A stretch of 64,000 nucleotides of DNA from Thermoanaerobaculia bacterium. GTDB taxonomy: Bacteria > Acidobacteriota > Thermoanaerobaculia > Gp7-AA8. The DNA lies in the NCBI GenBank assembly GCA_035630815.1, contig DASQJY010000044.1:5249-69248 (forward strand), read 5' to 3'. Below, in pieces: positions 7,955-16,298 of the stretch (positions within the stretch are counted from its first letter, which is position 1; every line of letters begins with the position of its first letter). Below the pieces are notes generated by a model. That model did not search any database. It was not told the DNA's origin and saw nothing but the letters and a program-made list of their open reading frames with translations. The position numbers and the translations under genes are program-made.

Positions 7955-9604
7955 TCACCGCACGTCAACCACGTTCAATCTCACCCCGCAATACCGGTCC
8001 GGCTCGACGTGCACGAGGAGGTCGACGGTGCGGGTGAGCATCGAGGCGAGCTGCTTCACTCCGGGCCAGAGGACGCCGGTGGCGCGGCCGGTGGCGTCTT
8101 CGAGCGAGAGCTCGCAGCAGTCCTCGGCGAAGGTGCGGGTGGCGGTGACCGTGACTGCTCGCACCACGAAGAGCGGCTGGGTGTTGCCGGCGCCGAAGGG
8201 CTGCAGCAGTTCGTGCGCTTTCATGAACTCTTCGTCGATGTCGGCGAGCGTCAGCTCGGCGTCGACGCGGGCTTCGCGGCGGAACAGCACCTCGTCGAGG
8301 GCGTCGAAGCGTTCGTGCAGGCGGCGCTGCAGTTCGGCGACGTTCGTACGAGGAAGGGAGAAGCCGCAGGCGAACTCGTGGCCGCCGAAGTGGGTGAAGA
8401 GATCGGAGACCGCTTCCAACTCGCTGTGCAGGTCGATGGTCGGGATGCTGCGGCCCGAGCCGACGCAGAGGTCGCCTTCGATGGTCATCACCAGCGCGGG
8501 GCGGTGGTAGCGCTGGGCGAGGCGTCCGGCGGTGAGGCCGACCACGCCGCGATGCCACCCCTCGCCTGCCAGGACCAGCACGCGCTCGCCGCCGCGGATC
8601 TGCGTCTCGGCAGACTCGCGGACCTGGATCTCGACCTGCTGCCGCTCCGCGTTCATCCGGTCGAGCTCCGCGCAGATCTCCCACGCCGACTCCTCGTCGG
8701 CCGCAGCGAAGAGATCGATGGCCGTGTTGGCCGAGGCGAGGCGTCCGGCCGCGTTGATGCGGGGACCGATCTTGAAGCCGACATCTACAGCTCGTAGAGG
8801 ACGCCCGGCCAGCCCCAGCCGCTTCAGGAGCGCACGCAGGCCGGGATTGCGCACGTCGGCCAGACCGGCCAATCCGAGGGAGGTAATGGTGCGGTTCTCG
8901 CCGATGAGAGGCGCGACGTCGGCCACGGTGCCGATGGCGGCGATCTTCAACAGAGAGTCCACTGACATCTTCTTTCCGCTTCGGCGAATGAGCTCGCAGC
9001 ACAGCTTGAACGCGACGCCGACGCCCGCCAGCTCCTTGAACGGATACTCGCAGCCCGGCTGTTTCGGGTTCAGCACCGCGGCCGCCTCGGGGAGCGTGCC
9101 CGGCGGCAGGTGATGGTCGGTGATGATGACGTCGATCCCGCGCTCGATGGCATGGCGCACCGGCTCGATGCTGGTGATGCCGCAATCGACCGTGATGACG
9201 AGCTTCACGTTCCGCTCCGTCAATACCCGCTCGAGCACCTCCATCTTCAGGCCGTAGCCGTCGACCAGACGGTGCGGGACGACGAAGCCGGCGTCGGCGC
9301 CGAGGGAGCGCAGCACCGTCTGCAGCATCACGATGGAGGTCACGCCGTCGACGTCGTAATCACCGTAGATCACGATCCCCTCTTTGTCCCGCACGGCGCG
9401 CGCGATCCGCTCGCAGGCGTGTGTCATCCCGTGGATGGTGGCCGGGTCGTGCAGGTCGCCGATGGCCGGCGCCACGAAGCGCCGGAACGACTCCTCATCC
9501 GACACGCCGCGGCGGATGAGCAGCGAGCGCAACGTCGCGTTCGCAACCGGGATGCGCGGATTGTCCGGAGGTGCTGGAGTGATGGTCCAGGAGTCGTGAA
9601 TCAC
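7955..9604 (-). CDS. recJ: single-stranded-DNA-specific exonuclease RecJ
   Basis: DHH motifs (YGDYDVDGVTS, ITDHH) and the DHHA1 region GGHEFACG. Confidence 0.93.
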   Translation of the reverse strand: MIHDSWTITPAPPDNPRIPVANATLRSLLIRRGVSDEESFRRFVAPAIGDLHDPATIHGMTHACERIARAVRDKEGIVIYGDYDVDGVTSIVMLQTVLRSLGADAGFVVPHRLVDGYGLKMEVLERVLTERNVKLVITVDCGITSIEPVRHAIERGIDVIITDHHLPPGTLPEAAAVLNPKQPGCEYPFKELAGVGVAFKLCCELIRRSGKKMSVDSLLKIAAIGTVADVAPLIGENRTITSLGLAGLADVRNPGLRALLKRLGLAGRPLRAVDVGFKIGPRINAAGRLASANTAIDLFAAADEESAWEICAELDRMNAERQQVEIQVRESAETQIRGGERVLVLAGEGWHRGVVGLTAGRLAQRYHRPALVMTIEGDLCVGSGRSIPTIDLHSELEAVSDLFTHFGGHEFACGFSLPRTNVAELQRRLHERFDALDEVLFRREARVDAELTLADIDEEFMKAHELLQPFGAGNTQPLFVVRAVTVTATRTFAEDCCELSLEDATGRATGVLWPGVKQLASMLTRTVDLLVHVEPDRYCGVRLNVVDVR

Positions 9605-9653
9605 GTGCAGATACGGTAGCGCAGACGGGGCTCTCTACGCTTTGTAGAGTCGC

Positions 9654-11867
9654 TCACGGCTGCGGCGCGGCTCCTCCCGCGAATTCGTGATCGATGAGCA
9701 GGAAAATGTCTTCGGGACTGACCCGCTCGTCGGCGTTCGCATCGGCCGAGGTAGAGATGCCCGGCTCCGCGCCGAAGAGGTAATCGGCGACCGCGTCGAT
9801 GTCGGCGAAGGAGATGACCTCGTCGCCATCGACGTCACCCCGCGTCTCGGAGGAGAGCCCCAGCAGCGCGACCGTCGCGCTGTGATAGCTGTCGATCAGG
9901 AGGTCGTCGCGGCCATCGCCGGTGGCGTCGGCGAACGTGAGGTTGTTGACCCAGTTCATCACAAATGTCGCGGTCGGCTCCGGACACGAATCGGCGGCCA
10001 GCGGGAACAGACGGATCCCTTCGTGGGTGGAGGCCAGGAGCCGTGTTTCGCCGTCACCGATCTCGCCGATGGCCAGCTTCGCTGCCAACGGCGTGCTGCA
10101 CTCATAGCCCGGTGTCAGGGCGGCGCCGGTGAACATCTGCAGCCGGACGGAGGAGAAGCCGGAGCTGAAGGAGACCGCCACGTTTCCGCCGCCGGCCGCC
10201 GTGTCGGCGATCCCGGTCGTGGCGAGCGAGCCGAGCACGCTCCATGATGCCGTGTCGTAGACCGTCAGGCCGGTGGACGTGGCCACCACGAGCTCGCGGG
10301 ACGAATTGCCATTCAGGTCAGCGACCGAAAAGTCGATGAGATAGCCGTCCACGGTGAGCGATTTCTGAATGATGTTCGACGCGCCGTTCAGCAGCACGAC
10401 CGCCTCGCCGCCCCGGATGACGATCTCGTCGACGGGATCGCCGTCGAGGTTCTCGATCAGCATGTTGTCGCCGGATTGGACCTCCCCGAAGCCGCCGCCG
10501 TTGCTCGTGAACTCAGGCAGGCGCGTGATCCCGTCCCACGTGTGCAGGACGCCTCCGATGAGCGCCGCAACTTCCAGCGCGGCATCTGCGTCGAGTTGCC
10601 CGATCCCGACAGCGTGCGTGTACCCCCACTGGGGCAACGTCAGCTGTCCTTCGGAGATCCCGGTCATGACATCGAAGATCTCGATCACGCCGCCGTCGCC
10701 GCTCTGCGACGCACGCGTGCCGACCACGTACTCGAGCCGGCCGTCGCCGTCGAGATCGCCGGTCCCGGAATGGTACGGCCCGTCGAGGTCGAGGCTGCGC
10801 CAGCTGTACTGCGTGCTGGCGGCGGTGCCGATGTAAAGGTAGTCAGGTCCGCTCGAGGATCCACCGGCGCCCCAGAAAACCTCCCTCGTCCCATTTCCGT
10901 CGAGATCTGCCGTCCCGACGCCCATCGTGCCGTGGTCCGGGTTGTCGATGTGCCAGAGCAGCGCGCCGTCCGTGGCCGACCGCCCCTGGATGTCACCCCA
11001 TTGATTGTTTCCGGTGATCACCTCGTTGACGCCGTCGCCATTCGCGTCGCCGACCGCGAGCGAGTCGAACCAGGGAGAGGGCAGCGTGGTGACGGCAAAC
11101 GTATCGCCATGCAGGATCGAGATCGGCTCGGAATAGGAACTGTTGTTCTGGAAGACGATCTCCTTCTTCGCATCAGCGTCGACGTTGCCTAGATCGAAGG
11201 CGCCGAAGCCACCCACGTAGCCCCATTTCTGGACCTCGGCCGCGCCGTCGAGGACATGTCCGCCAAGCGCGCCCACCACGATCTCCTGGCGGGCATCACC
11301 ATCGACGTCACCGATGCGCACGACCGCGCCGCCATAGCCGGCGGCGGTCCATTGCAGCTCGAGCGTCACGCCGTCGTAGACATGGGCAGCGTCGCCCGTG
11401 ACGACGACGATTTCCGGCGCCGGATCGTCATCGACGTTTCCGAGCGCGACGTCGTTGGCGGCCGGACCGGCGGGAAGCGTGACCGTCACCACGGGAGCCC
11501 CGAGCGATCGCGGATCGTAGATCGCGAGCTTCAGCCCCCCGGCCACGATGACCTCCGCACCTCCGTCGAGGTTCCGGTCGCCGGCGGTCACGCCGGTGCA
11601 CACGGTGCCCGGGCCGTGCCACGAGGTCACGTATGTTCCGCCGCGCGCGCTGACGGCGAACGGCGACCCGTCGAGGGTGCACGAGATGAGCTCCGGCTTG
11701 CCGTCTCCGTCGAGATCGTAGGGGATCAGGTTCGCCAGCCCGACCCCGTCGGAGATGGTGCCGTAGCGGAACAGCGGGGCGAAGCGAAGCTCCTCCGCTG
11801 CAGACGCGGCAAGAGCGACCGCCAGGCAGAATCCGAGGGAACAGGTCGTACGGATGAAGTTCGTCAT
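9654..11867 (-). CDS. secreted FG-GAP/VCBS-repeat protein with C-terminal dockerin-like module
   Basis: Signal peptide MTNFIRTTCSLGFCLAVALAASA and many DxDGDG..E FG-GAP type repeats. The C-terminus has GDVDGDEVISFAD and ADANADERVSPED, two dockerin-like Ca-binding loops. Start at 11867 (SD GGAG upstream). An alternative ATG is at 11888. Confidence 0.75.
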   Translation of the reverse strand: MTNFIRTTCSLGFCLAVALAASAAEELRFAPLFRYGTISDGVGLANLIPYDLDGDGKPELISCTLDGSPFAVSARGGTYVTSWHGPGTVCTGVTAGDRNLDGGAEVIVAGGLKLAIYDPRSLGAPVVTVTLPAGPAANDVALGNVDDDPAPEIVVVTGDAAHVYDGVTLELQWTAAGYGGAVVRIGDVDGDARQEIVVGALGGHVLDGAAEVQKWGYVGGFGAFDLGNVDADAKKEIVFQNNSSYSEPISILHGDTFAVTTLPSPWFDSLAVGDANGDGVNEVITGNNQWGDIQGRSATDGALLWHIDNPDHGTMGVGTADLDGNGTREVFWGAGGSSSGPDYLYIGTAASTQYSWRSLDLDGPYHSGTGDLDGDGRLEYVVGTRASQSGDGGVIEIFDVMTGISEGQLTLPQWGYTHAVGIGQLDADAALEVAALIGGVLHTWDGITRLPEFTSNGGGFGEVQSGDNMLIENLDGDPVDEIVIRGGEAVVLLNGASNIIQKSLTVDGYLIDFSVADLNGNSSRELVVATSTGLTVYDTASWSVLGSLATTGIADTAAGGGNVAVSFSSGFSSVRLQMFTGAALTPGYECSTPLAAKLAIGEIGDGETRLLASTHEGIRLFPLAADSCPEPTATFVMNWVNNLTFADATGDGRDDLLIDSYHSATVALLGLSSETRGDVDGDEVISFADIDAVADYLFGAEPGISTSADANADERVSPEDIFLLIDHEFAGGAAPQP

Positions 11868-11890
11868 CAGGGCTCCGGAGACTCGCATCT

Positions 11891-13321
11891 CTATTTGACC
11901 GCCATCCGCAGCTCGGTGAAGTGCACCGCTTTTACCTTCAGCCCGGTCAGCGAGGCGTCGGTGAACGTCAGGGACGGCAGGCCGTACGCGGTCCGCGCAG
12001 CCTGCAGCGCCGCCCGCAGCTCTTCGACGTGCACGCGCTTGATGATGGTTGGAACCGCATCGGTGAAGACCGCCGCGGCGAGTCCGGCGCTGACGCGGTA
12101 GGCGTTGACGGCGGTTCGCAGCTCCGTCACGTGCACGCGCTTCACTTTCGTGGCGCCCACGATCGGAGGATCGTCGGTGAACATGACCGTGGTCGCCGCA
12201 TCTTTCACGCTGTCGATCGACTTTGCTCCGCCCGAGTCGACCGTACGGACCAGGTAGAGGTACGTCACGCCCGGGGTGCGGCCGTTGTCGGTGAAGCTGT
12301 TGGTGAGGCTCGTGCCCGCGACGGCGAACGCGCTGCCGTTGAAGCTGCGTGCAACCTCGTACGAGGCCGCACCCGAAACCGCGGGCCACGTGACCTGCAC
12401 GGAAGTGGCGCTGGTCGCGATCGCATTCACCGAGGGGGGCGTCGCAAGCCCCGGCACGTTGACGGTCTGCGTCAGCGGCGCGGACTGGCTGGCGAGATGG
12501 ACGCCCGCGCCTTCGTAATACGCGGTGATGGTGTGCATCCCCTGCGGAAGCGCGGAGGTCGTGAACGTCGCCACGCCTCCCGTGAGCGTGCCGTGCCCGA
12601 GGAGCTGCGCTCCTTTGCGGAAGGCAACCGTGCCGGCGGCGGCCGGGGCGACGGTCGCGGTGAAGGTGACGCTGCTGCCGGACGAGGAGGGGTTCGGCGT
12701 CGAAGTCAGCGTGGTAGTGGTCGCGGTGCCGCCCACGATGATCTGTCCGTTCACGAGCTGCAGCTTGTGGTTGTAGAGGCTCTCGGTGAGCGTCCCGGTC
12801 TGATTCGCGAGCAGCGTGAGCCCGGCATCAAACGTCAGAGCGATCTGCGTCCCGTCCGCCAGACCCGGCGCAACGGCCACGACCAGCGTCCCGATGCGAT
12901 TGCCCGGCGCCGCGGCGTTGAGCGTGAACGGGATCGCGTTCGAGGTCACGGAGAACGATCCCACGTAGCCGATCGACCCGGCCGTGCCGGCGGTCCGCTC
13001 GTAGAGCGGTGTCAGAGACTGCAGCACGCCGTCGCGCTCGAAGGAGATGCCGGTCACCGAGCCTGCAGGCGAGGCCGTGAGCTTGAACGAGAGGGCCTGG
13101 ATGCGGCTCGACGCGGCGAGGTTCACGCTCAGGGGCGCGCCGCTGACGTCGCGAATCGAGAGCGGCACGGAGACCGAGCTGCCCGAGAGCGCGCGGACGC
13201 TGCCGGCGGTAAAGGTGTCCTGCGCGGACGTGGACGCCGTGGCGAGCACCATCGCGGTGCTGCAGAAGAGGATGCGCACGCACACCGCCAGCGTGCAGGT
13301 ACCGCGAACGAGTCTTGTCAC
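11891..13321 (-). CDS. secreted multidomain protein: cohesin-like N-domain, Ig-like domain, FN3 domain, three KRVHV.ELR repeats
   Basis: GTG 13321 with SD GGAG, followed by a signal peptide. ALSGSSVSVPLSI...IGTLVVAVAPGLADGTQIALTF...LVNGQIIVG fits a cohesin beta-sandwich pattern. VTFTATVAPAAAGTVAFRKG is Ig-like. VQVTWPAVSGAASYEV is FN3-like. The longer ORF-track version would overlap accA. Confidence 0.6.
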   Translation of the reverse strand: MTRLVRGTCTLAVCVRILFCSTAMVLATASTSAQDTFTAGSVRALSGSSVSVPLSIRDVSGAPLSVNLAASSRIQALSFKLTASPAGSVTGISFERDGVLQSLTPLYERTAGTAGSIGYVGSFSVTSNAIPFTLNAAAPGNRIGTLVVAVAPGLADGTQIALTFDAGLTLLANQTGTLTESLYNHKLQLVNGQIIVGGTATTTTLTSTPNPSSSGSSVTFTATVAPAAAGTVAFRKGAQLLGHGTLTGGVATFTTSALPQGMHTITAYYEGAGVHLASQSAPLTQTVNVPGLATPPSVNAIATSATSVQVTWPAVSGAASYEVARSFNGSAFAVAGTSLTNSFTDNGRTPGVTYLYLVRTVDSGGAKSIDSVKDAATTVMFTDDPPIVGATKVKRVHVTELRTAVNAYRVSAGLAAAVFTDAVPTIIKRVHVEELRAALQAARTAYGLPSLTFTDASLTGLKVKAVHFTELRMAVK

Positions 13322-13377
13322 GAGGGCTCCAGGACCGGGTGCTAAAGCTCCGTGCAAGGTAACACGATTCGGGACAG

Positions 13378-14328
13378 TTATTTCTCGAACGCGCCCATCT
13401 TCCGGAACTTCCTGTACCGCTCGTCGAGCAGTTGCGGCACGGTCAGTTTCTGCACCTCGCGCAATGCACGCTCGAGTGCGCCGCCGAGCAGCTCCGCCGC
13501 CGCCGTGCGGTCGCTGTGCGCGCCGCCGGGAGGCTCGGGAACGATCTCGTCGATGATGCCGAATTTCCTGAGGTCCTGCGCGGTGATCTTCATCGCCGCG
13601 GCCGCTTCCGGCGCGGCCGACGGGCTTTTCCAGAGAATCGCCGCACACCCCTCGGGCGAGATGACGGAGTAGACCGCATGCTCGAACATCAGCACGCGAT
13701 CGCCGACGCCGAGCGCGAGCGCTCCGCCGCTCCCCCCCTCCCCGATCACCGCGACGATCACCGGCACTTCCAGCGCCGCCATCTCGCGCAGGTTCACGGC
13801 GATCGCTTCCGCCTGCCCCCGCTCCTCCGCGCCCATGCCGGGATACGCCCCCTGCGTGTCGATGAGGCTGATGACCGGGAGCTTGAACTTCTCCGCGAGC
13901 TTCATCACCCGCAGCGCCTTGCGGAAGCCTTCCGGGCGCGGCTGGCCGAAGTTGCGGATCACCTTCTCCTTGGTGTTCCGCCCTTTCTGGTGGCCGACCA
14001 CGCAGCAGGGGATGCCGCGGAAACGGCCGAAGCCCGCCACGATCGCGGGATCGTCACCGAACTTCCGGTCGCCGGCGATCTCACCCCAATCCTCGATCAG
14101 GAGGCCGATGTAGTCGAGCGTGTAGGGGCGCTGCGGATGGCGTGCGACGAGCGTCTTCTGCCACGGCGTGAGGTTCGAATAGATTTCGGAAGAGACTTTG
14201 GTAAGCTTCTGCTGCAGGTCGGCGAGCTCGGCCTGACGGGTCGGCTGCTCATCCATCGCAGAGAGCTCTTCGATTCGCCGCCGGATTCTTACGATCGGCT
14301 CTTCGAATTGCGTCGGGTCGGCGGTCAT
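13378..14328 (-). CDS. accA: acetyl-CoA carboxylase carboxyltransferase subunit alpha
   Basis: IRRRIEELS..., ARHPQRPYTLDYI and PVISLIDTQGAYPG are canonical AccA blocks. Start at ATG 14328. Confidence 0.93.
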   Translation of the reverse strand: MTADPTQFEEPIVRIRRRIEELSAMDEQPTRQAELADLQQKLTKVSSEIYSNLTPWQKTLVARHPQRPYTLDYIGLLIEDWGEIAGDRKFGDDPAIVAGFGRFRGIPCCVVGHQKGRNTKEKVIRNFGQPRPEGFRKALRVMKLAEKFKLPVISLIDTQGAYPGMGAEERGQAEAIAVNLREMAALEVPVIVAVIGEGGSGGALALGVGDRVLMFEHAVYSVISPEGCAAILWKSPSAAPEAAAAMKITAQDLRKFGIIDEIVPEPPGGAHSDRTAAAELLGGALERALREVQKLTVPQLLDERYRKFRKMGAFEK

Positions 14329-14356
14329 GTGGCGTGACCCTAACAAAGAACTATCC

Positions 14357-14899
14357 ATGCTGGCAACTGAAGAGACCTCACACGCGTCCCTCCTCGAATC
14401 GCACGCGCACAACGAGCGGATGCGTCACATCCCGTCCATCCCCTGGATCGTGCAGAAGCTCGAGGGCGACGTGCGCCACAACCTCGACAGGCTGTGGCTT
14501 CCCTACTCGGATCTGCCGGCCAGCGATCCGCGGCATCCGGCGCTCGAGGCGGAGTTCCGCGCGCTCTGCAAGTCGCTGGACCGGGTCGCGGACATCGCCC
14601 GGCGCCACCGCGGCCACCCTCACCCGCCGAACGAGCTCGGCAACCGCGTCCACTGGAGCCTCAGCCAGACCGTGTCCGCCCTCAACGCCGCCGACGCCGA
14701 GACGTTCGGCCGCCGCTTCCCCTTCCAGACCTTCGAGCGCTCGAACGCCGAGCCGCTCTGGGCGACCGTGCTCTCCGTGCTCCAGCACATCCATCGGCTG
14801 ATCGACCTCGTCCGCGAGATCGACCCGCAGATCGACGAGCGGATCTACGAAGGGCTGGTGCAGCTCCAGGAACCGCTGCGGCGCGAGCCGATGGCGTAG
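14357..14899 (+). CDS. hypothetical protein
   Basis: 180-aa ORF from MLATEE. No family recognised. It is the only plausible frame in this gap. Confidence 0.4.
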   Translation: MLATEETSHASLLESHAHNERMRHIPSIPWIVQKLEGDVRHNLDRLWLPYSDLPASDPRHPALEAEFRALCKSLDRVADIARRHRGHPHPPNELGNRVHWSLSQTVSALNAADAETFGRRFPFQTFERSNAEPLWATVLSVLQHIHRLIDLVREIDPQIDERIYEGLVQLQEPLRREPMA

Positions 14900-14959
14900 C
14901 GCTGCGCTCACGAGTGCCGGTCCGAGTCTCACGAATTCAGTGGGAACCCTCAGGATACT

Positions 14960-15206
14960 CGTGAAGGTCACTCAGGAAATCGTGAGTGCCGGGCACGGAT
15001 GTCGTGAAGGTCGCTCAGGACGTCGTGAGCGCCGACACGGACATCGTGAGCGCCGGCACGGACGTCGTGAGCGCCGCCACAGACATCGTGAGCGCCGCCA
15101 CGGATGTCGTGAGCGCTGCAACGGACATCGTGAGCGCTGCAACGGACATCGTGAGCGCCGCCACGGACATCGTGAGCGCCACCACGGACATCGTGAGCGC
15201 CGACAT
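14960..15206. repeat. 21-nt tandem repeat array, about 11.7 copies
   Basis: Unit CGTGAGCGCCGCCACGGACAT repeats head to tail with point variants. Units 1 and 3 are the CGTGAAGGTC.CTCAGGA variant, and unit 2 has one extra G. Confidence 0.95.
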
Positions 15207-15212
15207 TGGTTT

Positions 15213-15344
15213 CTCTACCGGACGAACAGAAGCAGTCAGAGCGGTAGCTGCCGCCACCGCACTCCATATGAATTCGGCGCGGGATTGATATGGAGTGCGG
15301 TAACGCTAGTTACCGCTCTGACTGCCTCTGTTCGTCCGGTAGAG
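15213..15344. repeat. long imperfect inverted repeat, GGAGTGCGGTAAC family (inner-facing cores)
   Basis: Arms are CTCTACCGGACGAACAGAAGCAGTCAGAGCGGTAGCTGCCGCCACCGCACTCCATAT and ATATGGAGTGCGGTAACGCTAGTTACCGCTCTGACTGCCTCTGTTCGTCCGGTAGAG. The right arm supplies the last 12 codons and the stop of the GT4 gene. Confidence 0.9.
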
Positions 15345-16298
15345 AAGGGCACGCTGCTCGTACAGGTCGACGGTCTCTCTCGCGACCCGGTCCCAGTCCC
15401 ACTGCATAACGCGGGCGTAGTTGTGCGCGCCCATCGCTGCGACATCCTGCGCGCTCGTGGCGCGCTGCATGGCGTCGAGCAGCGCATCCCCTTCGTAAAG
15501 AAAGGCGCCACCCTCGTCGAGCATCCCGCCGATGCAGCCGCGGCGGACCGCGATGCACGGCTTCGCGAACGACATGGCCAGGATCGCGGCGCCCGAGGTG
15601 AAGCCGTGCCGATACGGGAGCACGACCGCGTCGCAGGCGTTCATGTAGAGCTGCACGCGCTCGTCGGGGACCGCGCCGGGCGCGAAGGTGATGCGCGTGT
15701 TGCCACTCGTGCGGCGTTGGAGCTCGTGCAGGAGCGAGAAATCCGGAACGCTGCCGGCCAGCACGAGATGCGCGTTGCCGCCGAGGCGTTCGAAGGCATC
15801 CAGGAGCTGCTCGACGCCCTTGTACCTGCGGATCCAGCCGAAGAGGAGGAACACGAACGCCCCGTCCGGAACGCCGAGGGTCCGCCGCGCATCGTCTCGC
15901 GTGACGCGGTTCTCGTAATGATCGGTGTAGCGGCCGTGCGGGATGGTGATCGCCTTCTTCGCGAACCGCCCGAGCTCGCGCCGCCCTTCATCGCAGTGGA
16001 GGATCAGCGCGTGAGCGAGACGCAGCGTGACGGCGGTGATGAGCGCGTCCCGCAGTGGGCGCGGGTTGTCGTGGCGCCGCAGGTCGTGCACGGTCCAGAC
16101 GATCCTCACGCGGGTGAGACGCGCACGCACGAGCATCCCGAGGTAGCGCAGGACCGAAGACGCGGCGGTATGGACGTTGTGCAGATGCAGCACGTCGGGG
16201 CGGCTGTCGACGAGCTCGATGCCCGCACGCCGGAGCGCGCCGGCGAGCAGGGTCTCGTAGGGATTGAACTTCCAGCGCGAGACGAACCGCACGCGCAT
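15306..16298 (-). CDS. glycosyltransferase family 4 (GT-B)
   Basis: MRVRFVSRWKFNPYE start overlaps the priA stop (ATGA). The C-terminal half has the GT1/GT4 layout (FLLFGWIRRYKGV...VLPYRHGFTSGAAILAMSFAKPCI). Confidence 0.8.
   Translation of the reverse strand: MRVRFVSRWKFNPYETLLAGALRRAGIELVDSRPDVLHLHNVHTAASSVLRYLGMLVRARLTRVRIVWTVHDLRRHDNPRPLRDALITAVTLRLAHALILHCDEGRRELGRFAKKAITIPHGRYTDHYENRVTRDDARRTLGVPDGAFVFLLFGWIRRYKGVEQLLDAFERLGGNAHLVLAGSVPDFSLLHELQRRTSGNTRITFAPGAVPDERVQLYMNACDAVVLPYRHGFTSGAAILAMSFAKPCIAVRRGCIGGMLDEGGAFLYEGDALLDAMQRATSAQDVAAMGAHNYARVMQWDWDRVARETVDLYEQRALLYRTNRGSQSGN

Noticed and set aside
14986-15288. 100-aa ORF encoding a TDIVSAA heptad-repeat protein
   Set aside because: It is purely the in-frame reading of the 21-nt tandem array, has no SD, and terminates inside the adjacent hairpin element. 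All three frames and both strands are open across the array.
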